Shown one piece after another: positions 55,974 to 64,000 of a stretch of 64,000 bases of DNA. The notes beneath the pieces are model-generated. The model had not been told where the DNA came from. It worked only from the letters and a program-made list of their open reading frames with translations, and ran no database searches. The DNA is from Octopus vulgaris (Eukaryota), in the NCBI GenBank assembly GCA_951406725.2, contig OX597832.1, positions 59,644,001-59,708,000 of the forward strand, in the 5' to 3' direction. How positions within the stretch are numbered: position 1 is the stretch's first letter; the number at the start of each line of letters is the position of its first letter. Both the position numbers and the translations under genes were made by a program.

Positions 55974-56139
55974 CCTCCTTCTTTCCTTCTTTCCTGAGCG
56001 TCCAATAATACTATATTTGTTCAACGTCCTCGCGTTGTTGTGTTTTTTTGTGCTTTCATGTTGGGATTAACTTTATATATATATATATATACATATATAT
56101 CAGCTGGGACCCTCGTCGTCGTAACTGACGGAGTGCTCC

Positions 56140-56173
<34 letters not shown>

Positions 56174-56262
56174 TTATTATCATTATTATTCTGAATACAA
56201 TCCTTCATCATCATCTTTGCAATCTTCATTAATTATTATTATTATTAATTAATATATATATA

Positions 56263-56338
<76 letters not shown>

Positions 56339-56340
<2 letters not shown>

Positions 56341-56560
56341 CGGCGAGCTGGCAGAAACGTAAGCCCACCGAGCGAAATGCGTAGCCGTATTTCGTCTGCC
56401 GTTACGTTCTGAGTTCAAATTCCGCCGAGGTCGACTTTACCTTTCATCCTTTCGGGGTCGATAAATTAAGTACCAGTTATGCACTGGGGTTGAGGTAATC
56501 GACTTAATCCGTTTGTCTGTCCTTGTTTGTCCTCTCTATGTTTAGCCCCTTGTGGGTAGC

Positions 56561-56562
<2 letters not shown>
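56339..56562 (+). mobile_element. SINE family A monomer with poly(A)
   Basis: Near-consensus 'ggcggcgagctggcagaaacg...tttagccccttgtgggtagc(a)n'. Confidence 0.85.
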
Positions 56563-56651
<89 letters not shown>

Positions 56652-56652
<1 letters not shown>

Positions 56653-56912
56653 GTAGCACTCCATAGGTTACAACGACGAGGGTCCCAGCTAATAGGATCA
56701 ACGGAACAGCTTACTCGTGAAATTAACGTGCAAGTCGCTGAGCACTCCACAGACATGTGTACCCTTAATATACCTACTCATTTTGCCAGCTGAGTGAACT
56801 GGAGCAACAGGAAATAAAGTGTCTTGCTCAAGAGCACAAAGCTTTGCCGAGAATTGAACTCACGACCTTGTGATCGTGAGCCGAATGCCCTAACCACTAT
56901 GCCACGAGCCTT
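56652..56912 (-). mobile_element. SINE family D (tRNA-derived)
   Basis: Minus strand: 'tggcatagtggttagggc...gtgagttcaattctcggc...cttgagcaagacacttt...cactcagctggcaaaatgagtag'. Confidence 0.8.
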
Positions 56913-56948
<36 letters not shown>

Positions 56949-57049
56949 CATATATATAACTATACAAGGAGCTACACTGTGGATCAGACACACAGCTCCA
57001 TACTTGGGAAGGAAGCTTCTTACCACAGAGCTACACATGAACATCTCTC

Positions 57050-57082
<33 letters not shown>

Positions 57083-57208
57083 CACACATATACAAACAAA
57101 TATATGTGTATGTCATATGTGTGTATGTGTATGTATTTATATATGTATATATGTGTATATATATATACATATATATATACACATGTATATATGTGTGTGT
57201 GTTCGTGG

Positions 57209-57251
<43 letters not shown>

Positions 57252-57755
57252 CGTGTGCCAATCTATATGTATGTTGTAGAGCGTGGATTACAATCAGGTG
57301 AAAAGACTTATCTCGCTCCGAAATATACAACGACGGGAAAGTTTATGACTTGTCGATCGCGAAAATCGTTTGCTAAGCAATGTTTTCACTATCATTGCAA
57401 TCTCTCCGACAGTTTATCAACAATCGCCTTTATGTTTATATATGTACGTGAGATGAGTTTGGTATTTTTCTATTTTATTTTTGTTTCTATTATTCCACGC
57501 AATAAATACGAAACTAAGGAGTCTACTTTGAACATCTCACCCTTCAGCTGTCTTCCGCTGGATTGTCTTTTGTTTCTATACCAGCGTAAGCTTATGGGCA
57601 TGTTGACAGAGTTAAATAAACACAGTTATTCTTAAGTTCAGTGAAGGGATTACTGCCATCTTTCTTCTCTTCTTCCCACACACATCTAACGCATCTATAT
57701 ACGATATATGTATGAATACATATGTATACATACATACATACATACATATATACAT

Positions 57756-57793
<38 letters not shown>

Positions 57794-57812
57794 CACTTCA
57801 TGTACGTATACG

Positions 57813-57844
<32 letters not shown>

Positions 57845-57877
57845 TATATATATATATATGCATATATATATATATAA

Positions 57878-57992
<115 letters not shown>

Positions 57993-59119
57993 TGTATGTA
58001 TATCATGTGTCTTTGAAGTATTTTATTTATTGGACTAAAAGTTTATTTTTCAATCTTTTAAACGTTATCTTGGCAAACTTGGAAAAATCCACGATCTGTC
58101 AGGTACATATGTACACACATTATATATATATATATACACACACACACGCACGCACGCACATACACACACACACATACACACACACATACACACTCACATT
58201 GAATCATTTTTCGCACGAGCCAGGCTAGAAGCTGGTAGAACGAGCCAATAAATGGTGGTTTTTAAGTTGCCAGAAACACCAGTCAAATATGTCTGAAATC
58301 TCACCCTTGCTATCATTATACAACGAAAATAACAGCGAACGACATTGTTATCTGAAACTGCTAAGAATTTGAAAATTAGAAGGAAAAGCAACAAGAAAAA
58401 ATATCTAACATCCATCATTTTTGCCCAATGCGGCATCATTTAACAACATTCTTTGAATAAACAACTGTAATGAGAGGCAACATACACGGGAACGAAGCAT
58501 AAATTTTTCTTGTAATAACAATTGGATGATAAATTGCCGTGTCTTCAAGAGGTTAGGGGTTTCGTTTCTAATTAACCTCTAAGTACTATCCTGTTTCACC
58601 TATTAGCAAAATCGATAATTACAAATAATAAAATCTGGAGGAATTAATAAAGTACTATATTTCTTGAAATATTCCGTTGATACCCAGTAGTGTAACAAAA
58701 GCCAGAGGAAGAAGAAGAAAAGTATCGGGGTTCTGTACTCTAAGCTGCGGCACAAAAAACTGTCACATTTTACCCGGTCTTTCGTGTGACGCTATCGCTG
58801 TTAAGAGGGTGGAAATCGTGTCGTCATGTAATACATGTGTTACTTTTTGGCTCTTTCTGATCACCCTCATTTGAGCAAAAGCGTACAGTGTGTTTCAAGT
58901 TTAAAAAATATATCAATTATGGTGACCCTGATACGATTTGGGCTGCACTCAAATCCACATATCAAAGCCACATTTGAAATGGCTGAAAGTCTAATGAAAG
59001 AGAGAAGGATACAGTCTGTCGCAATACCCATGTTTCTCCAAACATAGTTTGCATATAATGTGTATAGTATATATATAACATCTAACTATTTGTGTATAGA
59101 CACATCTATCTATCTATCT

Positions 59120-60286
59120 CCGGCTCTACGTAGACGATAGTGAACAGATGTGGTCGCCGTTTGTGAGGCACGCTTTCCCGCAGCTAGTCTCCATGACCGA
59201 ACTGCAGTCGTGGATCAAAAAGAGGCCGAGGAAGGGCGAATGGCACCGCGAGTGTTGCGTTGCTCTCAAAGAACTATGCCGTCCTGAGTCGACCTTCAGT
59301 GACTTCAACTCAAGCAAAGCATTCTATAGGGGATTAGTGGAGGGGAGGTACGACGACGATCTCGGGGCGAATCTGGGCGTCAACGAGGAATACCTGACCC
59401 GCCTGTTTAAGACTACTTTCGGGCCGGGACCTATGGACAACTTCCAGAGTTCCCCGCCTGGCAGTGCTACCGAGAAGTGCTACCCGTTCGGGATAAGTTC
59501 TACAGACACGGCTCGAGAAACACGGGGCCGAGTTGCAGTCAGACTGACGAAACCGTTCTGCAGGCACTTGTGCAGTGTCCAACTATTTTTGACTTGTGGG
59601 CTTATGTCGAACGACTGCTGTCACGTGTGGGACAAGTTGGTTTATCAGCCGAGTCTATCGTCAATATCGTCACGCCTCCTTCCTTCAAACAGGAAGGAAA
59701 AGCTATTTTCATCATACTTGTGGCTAAGGCGAAAGAATGTATCTGGCGGACGTGACTGAAAGGATTAGAGACAAACACTATCCTCTCTTGTCAATCTCTC
59801 ATCAACTTCAAGGATCACTTGAAAAGGAAAGTGAGAGTAGAGAGGCAAGTCTTGTCTAGCGAATGTTTCAAAAAATGATGGGTGAATGTAGCAAGGATGG
59901 CACGTATGAATGACGAAGCCACCTTGAGTATAATCCTATGAACCCGGAAAAATTTAAAACAGAGAGTTACTTACTTGCAAATAAATGTGTTAACATGTGA
60001 CATTATTGACCAAGGTTACCGTAGTCTTTTCCGTGGGCTTTTCTTTCCACGGATAAACCTCATCTGTTTCCCCCTTTACGCTTTATATCATGACATTTCT
60101 GTGATACACGATCCCTATTCATCGATTTTTTCTCCCGTTTTTCCTTTCCTTTCTTTCCTCTTTCTCTTTCCTTTGTCTTTCCTTTTTAATCGAAAACCTA
60201 CCCCCCTTTTTTTCTCCCCACAAAGAAAAGCTCTACCTTGTAATTTGACCCGTCTGTGTGCAGCCCTGTGTGGCTTATAAAGAAAC
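59120..60286 (+). mobile_element. Tx1/L1-clade LINE 3' fragment (zf-RVT region plus 3' UTR) inside (TATC)n
   Basis: Frameshifted ORFs give ...MDNFQS/AWQCYREVLPVRDKFYRHG...PSCSQTDETVLQALVQCPTIFDLWAYVERLL...AKECIWRT (zf-RVT-like). The UTR is pyrimidine-rich, and (TATC)n lies at both junctions. Confidence 0.8.
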
Positions 60287-60298
60287 ATATCTATCTAA

Positions 60299-60359
<61 letters not shown>

Positions 60360-60398
60360 AATCAATCTATTTATCTATCTATCTATCTATTTATCTAC

Positions 60399-60457
<59 letters not shown>

Positions 60458-60599
60458 CCTATCTGTCGGTCTGTCTGTCTATCTATCTGTTTATCTGTCT
60501 GTCTGTCTACCTATCTATTTGTCTGTATGCCTGTCTTAATATCTACCTATCCATCTGTCTGTCTGTCTGTCTATAATAATAATAGTAATACTAGTAATG

Positions 60600-60653
<54 letters not shown>

Positions 60654-60923
60654 TTGATGATTATGATGATGATAACAGACAAAACGAAGAGCGCGATGCG
60701 AGTGCAATAGAAATAATATTGGTTGAACCAATAAAATATATATTGCAATCGAATCGCGTTCTTCGTCTTGACTGTTTACCTTTGTGAAGAGTTACGTGAA
60801 TCCTTTAAAAATAATAATACAATGATGATGATGATGGAGGAGGAGGAGGAGGAGGAGGAGGAGGAGGGCAGGGAGGACGAGGAATACCACGACAAGAAGA
60901 ACAAGAAGAAGAAGAAGGTGATA

Positions 60924-60963
<40 letters not shown>

Positions 60964-61017
60964 GAGCAAACACTGCTCTCTCACTCAATAATAATAATAA
61001 TAATAATATTAATAATT

Positions 61018-61558
61018 ACCAGACAGTGGCTCTCATGGCTTCTGATCTCAACTGATTGGAAGTGTTGTCATGTAAATTGTTTTGTCTTGGTATAAAAGAT
61101 GGGCTACAGTAAATATTGTGCTCAATACCACAGATTTGCTTGTCACAATTGTTTGACCGTAACCAGTTGACCACGTCCCTTAATGGCTGACGATATGTGC
61201 ATCTCTGATTACAAGCAGAAGTAGTGGGGGAGCATCATAGCCATGTGTTGGGAGTAATTCTTTGGGGTTTGAATAATTCACCTTTGGAAACATGGATAGT
61301 TCATTCAACATACTTAGAAACCTTATTCAGGGACCTTTTGAGCAGTATGGGCTACTCGACCTGAAAAAAATTCTAACTGGGCCCCACCTTCAAGGTCATG
61401 TGCTGTTTATCTGGATATGAGATCACCGTGTCGCGCACGTATGGTTGTGATGCTTGTGCCTGGTGTACCCTTATCAGATGGGTAGTCATGAAGGGTATAC
61501 TGGGCTTTGTATATTTTACCCCAGTGTCACTTTGATGGTACGCGCTGTTCTCTCACTC

Positions 61559-61560
<2 letters not shown>
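61018..61560 (+). mobile_element. Element X, second long copy inside (TAA)n
   Basis: Colinear with 12702-13180, extends further 5', and ends 'tctctcactca' followed by (ATA)n. Confidence 0.8.
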
Positions 61561-61589
<29 letters not shown>

Positions 61590-61592
<3 letters not shown>

Positions 61593-61845
61593 GGCAGAAG
61601 TTCAAAAGATAGTGCTCGTGGGGACTGCTCATATCCTACGCAAAATACTTTCTTTGTAATCTCAAGTTTTAAAACAAACATAATTTTCGTATGGCTTTTT
61701 AGGCATTCACTAGTACAACACTAAGTACAAAATCAAATATATGGCACCCTAGGCATAACACCATGAACTTCCAACTTGTCTCTTGAGGTCTCTGGGTGAG
61801 ACTTGGAGCCAGCTTGTGCAAATGTAAAGCAAAAGTCAAACATAT
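61590..61845 (+). mobile_element. R4/Dong-like 3' end inside (TAA)n
   Basis: MAEVQKIVLVGTAHILRKILSL*, with a 3' UTR matching 12415-12605. Confidence 0.8.
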
Positions 61846-61861
61846 AATAATGATGATGATG

Positions 61862-62009
<148 letters not shown>

Positions 62010-62012
62010 TAT

Positions 62013-62043
<31 letters not shown>

Positions 62044-62485
62044 ATACCTGCATTATGAAATGTCTATATAATTATACATATAATACATAATCAAGATAAG
62101 AAGACAAAAAAACTTTCATGTTTCCTTAATCAACAATTACAAGTGTTTCTGTACCAACTCTTCTTCCGAAGTAAATTTATGCAATCGTTCCTACTGAAAT
62201 ATATTTGTAATATTTGCGGGTTTCAAATATTAGAGTGGCGCTTCCTCAGCCTTCCATCAAAGGAGCGCTCATTCACTGTGCTACAGTGTAAGAACACGTC
62301 TGGGGAAATGAGATTCTAATGTTTTAACCCCACGAATATTCCGAGTCTACATCATTGCAACTTTTGCGAGAATTTGTTTCGAAAGCAGAGTCGGTATAGA
62401 AACAAATATAACAATTGCAAATGCTTATTAAACATGTGTTAAAGTCATTCTAATTATTTATTTATTTATTTATTTTGTCTTCTAA

Positions 62486-62850
62486 TCTCTATATATATAA
62501 ACGGCAAAATGTATGCGTGTTTGTCCTTTATAGAAATCCACAATTTTTTCAGTTAGAGGGCTCGCACTTTCTATGGTCATTCAAAACCGTCCAAGGGTGG
62601 TCGTGTACATCTTTACATTTCCCCAGTCACCCCGCAAAGCCGTTAAAAAATCAATAGAAGTTATTTTTGGTGAATTTTCTATCCAAAACCCAATCAAAAT
62701 GCCCGAAACGTGATACGCCAATTGAATGCCAGCTAGCTGTATGTGATTGGCGAGGGATTTGGACAGTACTCACGTTTATGAGCGCACGCACGCAGCTGTA
62801 TATGCATGCACTAGCACTATGAATCCGGCATTGCCGGGTCATAGTTCTAG
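62486..62850 (+). mobile_element. Non-autonomous Helitron, complete
   Basis: A|TCtctatatatataaacggc ... hairpin ccggcattgccgg ... CTAG|T. Confidence 0.85.
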
Positions 62851-63305
62851 TATGGATTATCTTTCATTTGGTTCCTCACTCCCTGCCTTACCATGAAGAA
62901 CACAGACCAAAATCATCTCACGTAAATATGTACGCATAATGGTGACTGTAGATAAAGTGTCGGAAGGATTGGAATGTGAGAGCTTGGCAAAGGATTTTCG
63001 CGATCGACAAGGCATAAACTTTCCCCACATTCTACATTTCAGCGAGAGATAAGACTTTTCATTTCATTGTAATTCACACTTTATAACATACATCCAAATC
63101 TACACAGATGTATATACAAGTATATATACATACGTACATACATCTATACATATGTATATACATATATACATGCATATAAATATACATATATATACCTATA
63201 CATATGTATATATACATATGTATATACATATGTATATAAGTTAAATTGGCTACGAATATGCATTTTTGCATATATATATATATATATACACGTACATATG
63301 CATAC

Positions 63306-63375
<70 letters not shown>

Positions 63376-63381
<6 letters not shown>

Positions 63382-63671
63382 CAATTTAGGAGTGACCTTA
63401 ACAGGCCATTCGTCCACCAGAGAGAGCAGCCATAACTCACACCGCCAAGTAGTAGTAATTCAGAAATTAGGTGAAAATTTAAAAACATTTACCCTAATTC
63501 ATCTTTTATGAAGATGAATTAGGGTAAAATTAGGGTAAAAGATGAATTAGGGTAAATGTTTTTAAATTTTCACCTAATTTCTGAAGAATTACTACTACTT
63601 GGCGGTGTGAGTTATGGCTGCTCTCTCTGGTGGACGAATGGCCTGTTAAGGTCACTCCTAAATTGTTATAT
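63376..63671. repeat. About 133-bp-arm inverted repeat abutting (TA)n
   Basis: 63376-63508 and 63536-63671 are reverse complements apart from a 3-nt insertion. ORFs 63144..63488(-) and 63556..63741(+) start with the same peptide. Confidence 0.95.
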
Positions 63672-63823
63672 TTTTATATATTTAGTCTTTGACTATTTTC
63701 TCTTTTCCACTAGGCCGCTGGTAGCGATAAATTTCTATTGAATTTTTTGCTACCCTAAATTGACTAAAATATATATATATATATATATATATATGCATGT
63801 GTGTATATATATATGTATGTATG

Positions 63824-63899
<76 letters not shown>

Positions 63900-64000
63900 C
63901 ATATACATATATAATTAAGATTCAGATGAATTAGATACTTAAATTGAGGCACCAAGCCTCTTTGGTCAGCCCAACTCGAGGTTAGGTGGACATCCTTGTT

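Noticed and set aside
63519-63552. Telomeric TTAGGG seeds
   Set aside because: The three TTAGGG occurrences are explained by local stuttering of the inverted-repeat arm, not by tandem telomerase addition.

Overview
AT-rich eukaryotic non-coding DNA (intron or intergenic), saturated with microsatellites ((TA)n, (TAA)n, (GATA)n, (TATG)n, (CA)n, (GA)n) and interspersed repeats. The repeat style looks like a cephalopod genome, probably Octopus; this is an inference from memory, not a database result. No intact host gene is supported, and almost all ORFs in the track are microsatellite artefacts. Recognisable content: several tRNA-derived SINE families (labels A-E are mine), two decayed mariner transposons, four Helitron pieces, RTE, Tx1/L1 and R4/Dong LINE 3' fragments, a Penelope-like (PLE) RT fragment, and several degenerate minimal hammerhead ribozyme (HHR) motifs. 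Three observations stand out. (1) A composite element made of a tRNA-like Pol III head, (AAT)n and a minimal type I HHR, apparently arranged as a head-to-head pair at 38.6-39.8 kb. (2) About a dozen local fold-back (inverted) duplications, most anchored on (TA)n tracts. (3) Apparent partitioning of microsatellite types among retroelement clades, including a Tx1-like element inside (TATC)n. Boundaries of decayed repeats are approximate and all alignments were done by eye.
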